From Raillietiella orientalis (lineage: Eukaryota), in contig JAYWIR010000056.1 of assembly GCA_036172245.1 (NCBI GenBank), positions 124,001-188,000 of the forward strand: a stretch of 64,000 nt of DNA. Reading direction: 5' to 3'. This document shows positions 15,534-26,800 of the stretch, in pieces (position 1 is the first letter of the stretch; the number at the start of each line of letters is the position of its first letter). Below the pieces are notes generated by a model. That model did no database searches. It was not told the origin of the DNA and saw only the letters and a program-made list of their open reading frames with translations. The position numbers and the translations under genes are program-made.

Positions 15534-15987
15534 CAGAGTAAGATTTAGTTAGAAAATTCATCATCCAAATTCATTTACCTAAATAGAAGGCGAATTACAT
15601 AATTCCTTGAATTCTTCACATGAACCAGAAAAGAAACTTGATTGAGCGAAACTAAAGAGAATAATTAACGAGAACTCATAAATTTTCCTTTAGGATTACA
15701 TTCAGCAATGTCTGCTCTCTAGTGAGACAGACATAAAACTACGAAGCGTATGTATGTATGCATATATACGTATTAGTATAAGCAACGAAGCAAATTCTCC
15801 GTTTAAGAATGTTAATCAGCTTATTGTAAATTACATGAACAGCAATTATATATATGAATTTATTTCGCATTTAGTTTTTGTAACTGAAATTCGCAAATAC
15901 TTATTTCATTATTATCATTGCAATTGGTGTTCAGCTAGTCTTGGACTTGAAATGCTTTCGATAATTTATGCGATACTCTGGAATCAA

Positions 15988-16130
15988 CCCATTTCTTGGC
16001 GTCGATGCTTCCCCAGTTGGGATTCGAAACCCCAACGACTGGCGCCAGGCGCGAATACCGTGGCTACACGGTCGCCAACGCGAGCGTGTGGCTAGTAGTC
16101 TCACCACACGCACTCCTCTCATTCTCCGTC
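15988..16130 (-). mobile_element. tRNA-derived SINE head related to the same family
   Basis: Reverse complement reads gcgttggcgaccgtgtagccacgg...tggcgccagtcgttggggtTTCGAATCCc...gaagcatcgacgccaagaaatggg; a GC-rich island in AT-rich flanks. Confidence 0.7.
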
Positions 16131-17625
16131 ACAACCCCTGTCCATTATAACAAGCCCTGATGAGAAGGAGCTCAAGTGAGCCGACTTCACCACTATCGAA
16201 AGCAATCTTCAAAAAAAGGAAATCCCGCCTTGATCACTCCATCTTTCGCACTTCGCAACCCTCCGTAGCCGTGCGGCTGCCTTCCTCCGTGGGGAGGCAT
16301 GTGACGAAGGTGTCCATTCTGAAAACACTTTCCATTTGTGAAATTCCCTTGAGTATCTGATTTTCCCAAATTTCTAATGAAACTCTATTCTCATTAAGTT
16401 CTTCCAAACGACTACAAATTTATTAATGAGCAATTTACATTTTCAATTTACAATTTACATTTACCTATTAAATGTAATACTAAAATGAAATGTTTCGCAC
16501 TTTTATGCAATTAATCAGAAGTATTTTAGGTGTGGAAAATAATTCTTAATATAACATATGTTAAAGCATGATAACATGAAAGAGCGCTCTCATGTAGATA
16601 CATTGAAAATGCTGATTCAAGTAGTTTGTATCAGAATATATGTCTTTAAATGACTTTAAGGGCTTTCTTTAGATTTCCTCCATAATAATATTAACCATGC
16701 AAAATTTATATTTTATAATTCTGATTTATAGCTACAAAAGTTCATTTAAAAAGGCAAATATCCAAATCTAGAACCCGTTCGATAATTTTAAAAACAAGTT
16801 ATACGGATTGACGATACCACTAATTGTTCTTTGTACTTTGTATAAACTATCAAAATTTGTATAAATTTTGATAATGATCCTTACTAATCAATTAAGTTAG
16901 AACAGTGCTGACCTCAAAGGATCTACAGAAAAGCAACTGCAGAAAGAGCTAAATGATTGTCATGCAAATGAAAAGTATGATGCAGCGACACACTGATCAC
17001 GAAACAAAGTCACAAATAAATTCAATCAAATTGTTTCAACAGTCAAGTTATGTGCTCAGTAATTACTTTAGTTTTATAGGGCTGTTTCCGAGTACATCAC
17101 AACAGTAATGTGCTATCACGTAGAAAAAAGTAAACGAAGGATCAACAGCTCAAATATATAGCAATTTTGGCATTAACTCAATTGGTAAAACAAGCCCTAG
17201 AAAATCTTGTCATCATTCCATTTTCTGAAAAAGAAAAAGAGAAAATATTACAGCAATGAGGAGTATTTTGTGCTAGCAATTTAGCAGATACAAGATTACG
17301 AATAATTAATTACATGCTGGAGAGGAATACTGAGAGTAATGATTTTCGAAAACTCCTACTTTCATTATCTTCTTTTCACCAAGACTATCAGAATAACGGC
17401 ACGATAGTTATCAACACTTTTGATATGGTTACGATAATTATCTTTAGTTATAATTATTATCTTTAGTCGTTTGGTATATGTGGATATAATACTAATTCTT
17501 CATAATGGTGTTTATTTATTTTCATTATTGGGTAAATTAATCATACCAAACTTTCCAAGTTCCTCCAGAAATCAAAATGAATAATTGATCTAAGAGCAGA
17601 GATCTGTTACTATAAGATCTGCTAC

Positions 17626-17663
17626 TATAGATGTGCTCTACTATAAGGTAGAGCACATCTATA
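17626..17663. repeat. Inverted repeat (16-bp arms, 6-nt loop)
   Basis: tatagatgtgctctac-tataag-gtagagcacatctata, preceded by degenerate tandem agatctg(c/t)tactata units. Confidence 0.8.
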
Positions 17664-19223
17664 TAGTTTATTTAAAAAAGACTGGGTTAGATGAATAATT
17701 TTATATTTGATCAAACCTAATTAGAACTGAACTACGAAAGTCGATGAATCCAGAACTCCCAAGAATCACAGCTAATTTGAGGATTTAATCACTGTTTCAA
17801 GATTCACTAGCATTTTAGTGATTAGCATCAGGAGATAAATTTCCAATACTCAGAATATTGAATTGTAAAAAAAAGTATCGATAAGAAGATTCCATTGGTT
17901 AACAAATAATGGATACCAGTAGACTACTATAATAGGATAATACTAGTATAAAATACTAGCCACAGCTGGTATTTTCATCTGAATGAAGGCAGTCATGAAC
18001 ACACAGTTGGGCAACTCGCAAGCAGCTCAGATTATGCTGCATTGGGTTTTGATGAGTCGTAAAGTGTAATGGGAATGTCAAGTTAATGTAATTGCTTTTC
18101 ATTCAAGAGATCATATATTGATGACTATTAAAAAGCATGCCCGTGGAACAGAAAAATGTGTCATGGACATACTTTGATTTCAGCCAACTCGAGCCAACTG
18201 CAAACTGAAGAATCTCAATTTTACCTCTCAGTACAAATGAAAAACTGAGAACTGGCAATCACTACAATGTTTGAAGCTAGGGAAGCCCCGCATAAAGAAT
18301 AAATGATACAAGCGTTTAAGGGAGAGTTGTGAAATGAGTCAATTCATCTTCAATTAATGTAGTGTCAAATAGAATTTGGGAACACTTAAAGACATCTATA
18401 ATTTTTTTTTTTTTTCTACAAAACTAAACTTTAAACCAATTGAAACATCCAAAGCTATAATGTCTGCAAATCTACGTTTTCCGTTATCCCTACTGTTATG
18501 CTATGGAATTTCATTTTGAACACCACCGTAAAATGAATGGAGTATTCTGAGAATTGTCTACCCATAAACAGAGAAATGAAAATCAATGATTCATGCACTG
18601 TTTGCATGAATGGAACTTTCAACACTGAGCATGCATAAAATTTGTTACCCCTGGATTGCTATTTGGGATAGCTTCAGTGTTCAAAACACCTATCCTCTCT
18701 TTTCTTAAATGGTGAAATAAAAGGACGTTTTCCAAATTTGCAGACGCCTGTACTAAAAAAGATTCAAGAATTTTACGTATCCTCTATGTCCAATGTTTAA
18801 TGTCCATTTTGTGTTATGTACATTATAAAATAACCCTTAAAACTGTAATACATTTGTTACTTATCTGATACAAATGATTTCTGAAGGAAAGCATTCAGGC
18901 ATTAAGTGTTTACGAATGCTGTGAACGAAAGCAGCTGTTTACACAAATTCTAGAAAAATTTGAAATGAAAGAATGGGATAACTAATGGGAATAATTACAA
19001 AGATAAAGTATGTAATTGTGTGCATATGAACAGGAATGGGTATACTAAATGGGAATGGGGCAAGGTCAAATAAAACTGCACATGTCGGCCAATTTTATAT
19101 TCAAATATGAATCATGGAACTAAATGGAGTTGAGCACTCAACACCATGTGTTGTCCCAACATTCTGATCGCTAACTCTTCTTTCGTATCACAGAATGAGT
19201 ATGCTTTTTGATTCTCTAATTTG

Positions 19224-21327
19224 TTAATTTGGATGATTTTCACACCCATGTGGCTGTGGCTGAGCAACTATTGGTGTTAGGAACGTTTTCCAGCTTTTGG
19301 GCCCAGGAACTTCTATTTCTTCACATTCTCCAGAATCTTCGCTCACTTCTGTACAAGCTTCTTTTGAATCAGGTACAGTACTATCATTTTGATCAATCTT
19401 ATCACACACAGATAAAACAAAGTCATTGAACTCTTGTGGTTTGTCAGCATAAAGGTGATGGCCAGCACTTTTCAAAGTTTTAACACAAACATAAGATTGT
19501 GGACGCAATTCTTGGAATTGAGTTCCTGAACATTTATCAATCCAGGACCTAGAGCCATACAGAAAAGTCACCGGAATGGTAGGATCCAAAAGTCCTGCTC
19601 TTCTTATCATAGGATGTTTGGCCCAACCAAAACTCAATGTCATGGCATGAAAAGCTGACTCTCCTCTACAACAACATTAAAAATGCACTATGTTTGCATG
19701 AAAACTCACGAAGGATGTTGAGCATTGCAATGATACAGATATTGAGCCATATTATTTCTACCATCTGGACCAGCTGGCTCAAATTTTCTCACCAAATCTG
19801 AACGAAATTTCTCAATAAGGTATGGTCCCATAGGACCAGCAGCACGAAGGCCAAATAATGGATTGAAAAACTGCGCAATTGTTGTTACAATTCGAAACCA
19901 CAATGGGAACTGATACTGTGAGAAGTCACTTGGTTTCTCAGGAAATCCCCAGGGATCAGCAAGAATTAAATGGTGCACTCTAAAATTCGATATAGACTCA
20001 ATTTCCAAATAATAAACGCCTATATAACAAATTACAGCTGTGCTATGACACCAGTGAATTTATCATACCTTGATGGATACTTTATAGAGTAGGAAGTTGC
20101 CAAAAAACCACCCATACTGTGACCCAGTAGAATGAATTTTTCCAATCCAATTTCTTTCCTCCAGAGTTCAATACTGTTCACTAATTGTTCTTCAGCTTCT
20201 ATTGGACAAGCACTAAAATGCGGTCTAGAACTACGACCAAAACCTGCAATGAATCAATGGAAAATAACTTCATTGCAAACTATTCTCACCTAAGATGTCA
20301 AAGCAATATACAGGTCTGGAGCTTGCAAGTCCATCTAAATTCATGCACCAAAGACCAACTCCTGCACCAAGTCCATGAAGAAGAACTAATGGAGTTTTTG
20401 TTGCATTTTTATTTAAAACAATACTCCAAATTTTCTTAAATGTGCTTTCACATTCTTCTTTTATATGCACATAACTTCCTATGTAATCAGTTTGCACATC
20501 TGCAATCACATTGGTCATTAAAGTGATGAAGAAGAAGTCAATTCTTCGTAATTAACTTAAGTTTTAAAACAACTTTTCAATCATATGCTGAAAAACTTTA
20601 AAACTATCGAGATTTGTTAATCATATTAACATTAAGCATTTCATGTGCAGCACATCAGTTATATTATGTCATATTCAATACTCCATATGGTGATAACTAA
20701 ATGAGAATACATTTCCACTTACCTAGATCAACAGCATTTTAGATTACAATGAAAATTAATCTGTGCACGTTCTATTCACTAATTCCTACCTTTCTTATTT
20801 TAAATGAACATATTTTGATTGGGGCATAATGGTAAATTACTTTCATTACCCTACGATTAAATACCGGGATAATATACAAAACAATTTTTGACGACTAGCT
20901 GTATTAGCACTACGACTGGGTATTGGAATGAACACAAAGTTAAGTGATAAGTTACCAAAAAGTAACTTATCACCTGATCTCGAAAAGATATATCTTTCGT
21001 GGCTAACATTTGATTCCAACCGCCTAAATCGCATGAATCTGGATGCAATTAAATCACAATAACAATAATTTCGGCCGGATGTTTGTGTTTTCAAAATAGG
21101 TGATGACCAAATGAAACCCACACTGAAGCACTTTCTGCTCAGCTTCCTTCAACGCTTGTAAGGACGTTGGGCACCACCTCAACCAGTTTGGGAGGAAACT
21201 TGAAATAGAATTTGTAAGATAGGACACTGAAAATTTTTGAAAATAATGTCAAAAACGATGAATGATCTCACCTTTTTTCTTCATTACCGATAAAAACCTG
21301 TTCCAGTGGTCCGTTACACTCAGCCAT
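19224..21327 (-). CDS. ABHD4: ABHD4/ABHD5-family alpha/beta hydrolase, ABHD4-like ((lyso)-N-acylphosphatidylethanolamine lipase type), 6 exons
   Basis: Exons 21327-21272, 21198-21122 (alternative model 21332-21272 + 21226-21122), 20499-20290, 20243-20069, 19979-19710, 19665-19224; all GT-AG, 1230 nt in frame. Motifs: [31 protein letters not shown], nucleophile elbow GHSMG (Ser as in ABHD4; vertebrate ABHD5 has Asn), [42 protein letters not shown] (HxxxxD). Confidence 0.95.
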
Positions 21328-21332
21328 CTCAT

Positions 21333-21900
21333 TCCGTCTACAGCTATCTAAAGACGATAAATCAATTTTATGTATTCGACGTCAATCCTGCAACGTACGT
21401 TCTTCAGATTAGATTGGGCAGCTTTTCGACTTACGAGTGCCGATGAGCGACCTACGATAGAATTTCCCCTGATCGTAGGGATTGTGGTTCAAATGCGCAC
21501 ACATCGAGAGGTCAACAGGACTGTGAGATTTTTCGAGCCGTTTCGATTTACTCGTGCCCACTCGACGTTAAATTTCTGCTCCATAAAATTAATGGCTGAT
21601 TTTCAAGTTCATAACTGGGGCTTTGCGACCCCGAATTTCTTCGTTTTCTTTCCTCCTTTCCGATAAAAAAGTTGTACACCGCCGAGATCGGATTCGCTTC
21701 AATTGCGTACATTCTAGAAAAGACGTCAATACAATTCGATGTTCACAGCCTGCGTTGAAAACAGCTTGGGACACACCCGCTGTGGGAAAGGAATAACTTG
21801 TACTTTTTCTACATTCATATAAGTGTATTTCCACGGTACCTGACGTGCGAATGAAAAGCATGTACAGACGAACAGGGCAGTTTAATTACGATCGGCGTGT
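21333..21900. promoter_or_regulatory. CpG-rich promoter region of the ABHD4-like gene with CCAAT box and CRE-like sites
   Basis: Sharp local rise in CpG just upstream of the start codon; ATTGG at 21413-21417 (CCAAT in gene orientation); GACGTCA at about 21378-21384 and 21722-21728. Confidence 0.5.
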
Positions 21901-24900
21901 TATGCTTTGGCAAAATTCTTTAGCCAAGGATTTCGAGTCATATTTCTTTGTACATATGTTCGAATTCAAATTTTCATCGCCGTCACATCAGATGAGCTGC
22001 CCTACTCCAAAAACTGATTCCAACCTCCTCCCGAACAGTAAGATGTACAGAGATCCGTTACAAGTAAAGAATACATATCTCTACATATGCATGGACACAA
22101 TTCCAAGGTCTTGGCTTTTACCACTCCTGCAGTTTCATTACATGTTTTTTTTTTTTGACATTCCAACTCTGTTTGGAAAAGACAAGTTTACACAAATGTC
22201 TGAACGAAGAAAACATCATCTTGTGCATTTGTATAGTAATTTCAAGGTATATACCGATAAAAGTATTTACTGCCAGACAGCAAGAAAAGTAAATGCACAT
22301 CACGTTCAACAATTCAATAAGTACATGTTTGGTACAGAGGGGAAAAAAAAAATACATGGTTTCATTTTCGAGTACGACTTGGAGATGAGCTAACCCTTTT
22401 AATTTTTTCACATTTCAATGTAGAATTTCAGGGAACTTGCTTAAAGAAAGCATCACTTTTTTACGTACGAGAGCAAAAATACATTATATGAGTGGACCAA
22501 ATCTCCAGCTATAAATCTGCAAACACCTTAGGCTGTTTGATATTTGCACATTTATGAACTCAAAAACTACGTAATCATGAATTATAAAGACTGGAAATTA
22601 ATGCTACTCACTCATATGTCTCCTATTTTCATTGCTACTCTTCGTCATTTTGATTTTGTAGCCAGAGTGAACCATCAAAACAGGGAATGAAGAACACAAT
22701 CTTTAATCTATAAATCAATTCCAATGGCGGAAATATTGAGCAAATCTTAAAACTGTAATGCGACATACCGTTCTCTATTAATTCTTTGTAGAAAGTAATT
22801 CAAGATGAAGTTCAGTCTGAAATGAAAATAGAAGTAAAAATTTCAACTCGAAAACTCCAGCCAAAAAAAAATTAGAAGACAAAAGAAGGAAAAAGGTAAA
22901 GTCTTACATGCACACATGCAAGAATATCAGATGGATTTTTAACTCAACAGTTATCATATGAACTCTATCAACATAAAAAGGTATTTTGACCAGAGCAGAT
23001 CTAAGTACATTCTGAAAAATTTTCAGTGAGAGTCCACAAGTTTTTCATTTTACACTCTCCTCAATAGATAGATATCATAGGTCGTTTTCATCGTTTTCCA
23101 TCTTTCCATATTCCAAATTAAGTAAATGAAAAGGAACTCTTGTACAAATTCAGAAAAACACTCAATTGAAAATCATGAAACAGATCTTCATAAATCAAAA
23201 GCAATATCGAAAGAGCAGGATTGCTTTGCAATGTGCTGCAACAGCAGATTGAGGAAATTGCTCATGGCCAAAACAATTTGAAGACATCAATGAATATATT
23301 GTGGAAAATCCTTAAACGTGTGAAAAAAAATAAACAAAATTCGATTTCCGATTTCCAACTTCTTCCAAATTCAACTGAGTTTTATCCTGAATTTTTTTCT
23401 CAAGTACATAACTATCTATTCTTCAAATGTCTTTGAGAGTACGCTATGAAATGAGTTGCCAGTAACCGAAAACCATAAAAAAGAGAATGACGAGAAAAAA
23501 AACCCTCGACACTAAATATCAAGAAAAGTGCAAAAAAAGAGTGCAAAAGATTACCTAAGTCATCAGCTGACGGCTTAGGTATTTTTTTGTTCAAAAACAG
23601 CCGGAGAAATTTGATAGAAGCTGAGGATGAATTGCCGTTTAGCATGAAAAGTTGCTCATCACCGATACATATAGCCCATCAATCAACAACGTTGAAATCT
23701 CTTGATACGAAGTGTAAACTAATTTTCGGTAACCCAACATTAAATGACATCGTTAAAAGAGCTCCTACAAATGAGATTGAAGCTATTTAATCAAACTGCT
23801 CTATAGGAACTAGCGATCCACTGAAAATATAAGTAATTTGCGATGATTTTTATTGATGAAGTAATTCAACAACAACTACCAAACGTCAGTGTAGTTATTC
23901 ATTTTTTGAGGAATTTTGCCTTTCTTTCAAAGCTGTGCACCCACAGACCTAAGCGGATGCTAACCTTTTGATAGCATTCTATATGCACATTTTCTTCTAT
24001 ATGCTAATATTTCTTATGTTTTTTTTTAATGAGAAAGTGCATGACTTTTGTTCTCTACTGCTTCATGAAATTCGTTCCATCTCAGTTTCAGTCTATTTTT
24101 TTCTTTATTCGCGCTAAAGCAAAGCAATTTGTATGATTGTAACGGTGTTCGAAAGCTACAAGGAGAAACCTCCTTGTAGCTTCGTAGATGTAGATTCTTT
24201 CTGTCTCTTGCACGATTTCTTATTTCGAAGCCATCTGGCAAGAAGGAAAAGAGTATCGAAGCATTTAAACAGCCGTGTTATTGCAGATCATATTGTGAGC
24301 ACTAAACCAAAACGGATTCTAAAGTGAATATCTGCGTTAGATCTGAGATAACTGATTCAAACCGATTCCCGGATTTGCAGGAAATTTCGCGTGAATCAAT
24401 TATGGCGCCTATATGAAATTCTTGAACTTACAGATGAAGAATCGGAGGTAATTCATTATTCCTAGTGCAGAATATAGCTTGCTGTGCATTTCTAGTTTGT
24501 ATTGTATCTCCTCTCTTTTCATATTTGAAAGACGAAATTTTTTTCTGGAAGCTGTTAGTGTCTTTTTGCAAAGAGTACTCTTCTATTCACGGAGCCCAGG
24601 CTTACGTCTCCAATACTATTGTCTAAATTAACAGATGTTCTACTGAGGTTCTTAAACGTGTTTGGTGTCCCTTCATCTGCCAACTTTTGTTTGAAGCACT
24701 GGGATCAAAATTTTATAGCAATTTTTTTTTTTTAAGTGGATATTTCAGGAATATTTTTAGAAGAAATTTACAGAAGATAATGAGTTATGAGTGAAGTGCG
24801 AACGTTAGAAGTGTACAATTTTTCATGTTCTCTCCGTACTCGACCTTAAGATGTTTCAAATCATACTTTGAAAGATACATTCATTCTTCTCAATGATTCT

Positions 24901-26743
24901 TGTATTCCCTATATTCTGAGTAAGCACTCAGCCTCTTATTGGGTGATGATGTAGTCTGAGAATATGTAGCAAACATTCCGTCATGTTTTGGGTTCATATT
25001 TAATATGAAAGAACCTGGAAATCGAGTGATTCATATTTTTGCTTCTAGAAGAAGACTAAGCAAAAATTCTCCATTTTTCTAATGTGTGCTTAAAGAATGC
25101 AAATTTAATGATCCGATGAAATTCCTAAATTTAATTAAATCAGCCATGCCAAAGAAAAAGGATGTTTTGAAAGACTCCATTAATTTTCAATTAAATAAAA
25201 ACACTGCAAAACAGCTGTTTGCAAAATACTCATGATTAATCAGATGTATTGTAGTAGGAATACCATGCTAATTGAAAACATTTATTTTCTAAATTCCCAT
25301 GTATTAAAAATGATTTCCAATTTCTTGATGTTTTTGAGAGCATTCACGTGTAAATATTAAATTTATATGTATGTACATGGTTAACTGTGCAATATTTAAT
25401 AAATGTGAATGCTTTCTCTGCAATGCCTCACCTATTTCCTTAGTATTTTATTGTGATTTTATTTCCACTCCTTATTATTTCTCACGTGTTTTTTCATTCT
25501 GTTCCATCTGTTTTCTTAAGGGAAAAGGGATTTTTGTTTTTCCTTTTGCAGTTTGCCGTCATTGCATTGAACTGTATTGACTGCACACTTCCATTACATC
25601 ATTTCAAATCGAAGCTGATATGATATCATATGATCTATTCAATAGCTGCACAGTAGCTACAAAATCATGTCAATAAAATGGATCCTTAGCAAGCATCCAA
25701 TTTTATTGGAGAAAATATCAGCTGATGACTTGATAATTTATGAACGAAACGGCTAGAATACCCATCAGGGAAAACCACATCTAATGCTATCGCCTGTGTA
25801 CGTCTTATTCCTTCGTACAGTTAATCGCTGGATCCCGGGAGCTGTGAATAGTACAGAAACATTAACTAACCAAATTAGCGCTATGGTTTGATGAAGCCTT
25901 AAGGTAAAATAAATGAACCAACGCTTCTAGGGATCTGCAAAAAGGAGCCAAATTCTAATAATCTGAAGCTCATTGCAGGCATCATCAAGAATAGTAGACA
26001 ATGACGACAGTGCTGTTTCCTTAACAGCTTTCTATGGCACCGTTCAAAAACCTTTAAATTTCAATTTATCACAAGAAATAACTTTATATGCAAAAATTAA
26101 CTAGGGAAAATATGCGTAAGGTTTCAAAACCCCCAAAATTCCTTGGCTTTCTGTCAGGTGTCAAAATTGTACTTAATACCCAACGGCAAGTCAGCTCAGC
26201 ATTCCAAACCTTTGGACACGGTGAGAATCAATTGGAAGCTCTCTGCATTTCAATTGCACTGTGAAGGGTGCAGCATGACAGGTATTGAGTACGGTTTGAG
26301 GCATGTGCTTTCCATAAGAGCCTGCAGAAACACGACATGAGCTGGCAGATCCCCTTCTTTTTCGAGCGTATTCTCAACTTTAAGAGTGCCACTGATAAAA
26401 AGAAATGTGCACGAAACGGAGGATTCTTCATGAAGGGCAAGACAGAGTTCAGCAGCGCTTCTTAGGCGCTTCTCCTACCATTAAGTTCACATCCCAAGCA
26501 AACTTTATCTCAACTTCAACCAGCATCCAAAGATTAGAAAGATGTTGGAAAGCCGTTCCGTCAAATGTAAAAGTGCGTTTTGAATTCAATGTATTCCCTT
26601 ATCTGCACGTGTGAATCATACTCCAGCATGCCCCCTGTGATCTCACATTATGATTACGCGCGTCGTTTGCACCGAGTAGACTGACTCATACGTTCCATAG
26701 GATATACAGCGACTTGTACTTCGGCAGAGTACGTTGATCGTAG

Positions 26744-26800
26744 ATTCAGTTTCTTCAGCTTGCTGCGTGAGACACGCTAAGCTGAAGAAAATTCCTGAAT
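26744..26800. repeat. Imperfect hairpin
   Basis: attcag-tttcttcagctt-gct-gcgtg-aga-cacgc-t-aagctgaagaaa-attc-ctgaat. Confidence 0.7.

Noticed and set aside
16150..16210. Hammerhead-like CTGATGA...GAAA
   Set aside because: Stem II is not directly followed by GAAA, and no stem I/III with a UH cleavage site could be formed.
21845..22393. 182-aa + strand ORF
   Set aside because: Non-ATG start, runs through T and A homopolymers, no recognisable motif.
23100..23790. Fragmentary coiled-coil-like reading frames
   Set aside because: Interrupted by stops and frameshifts with no assignable family; possibly old transposon debris but unsupported.
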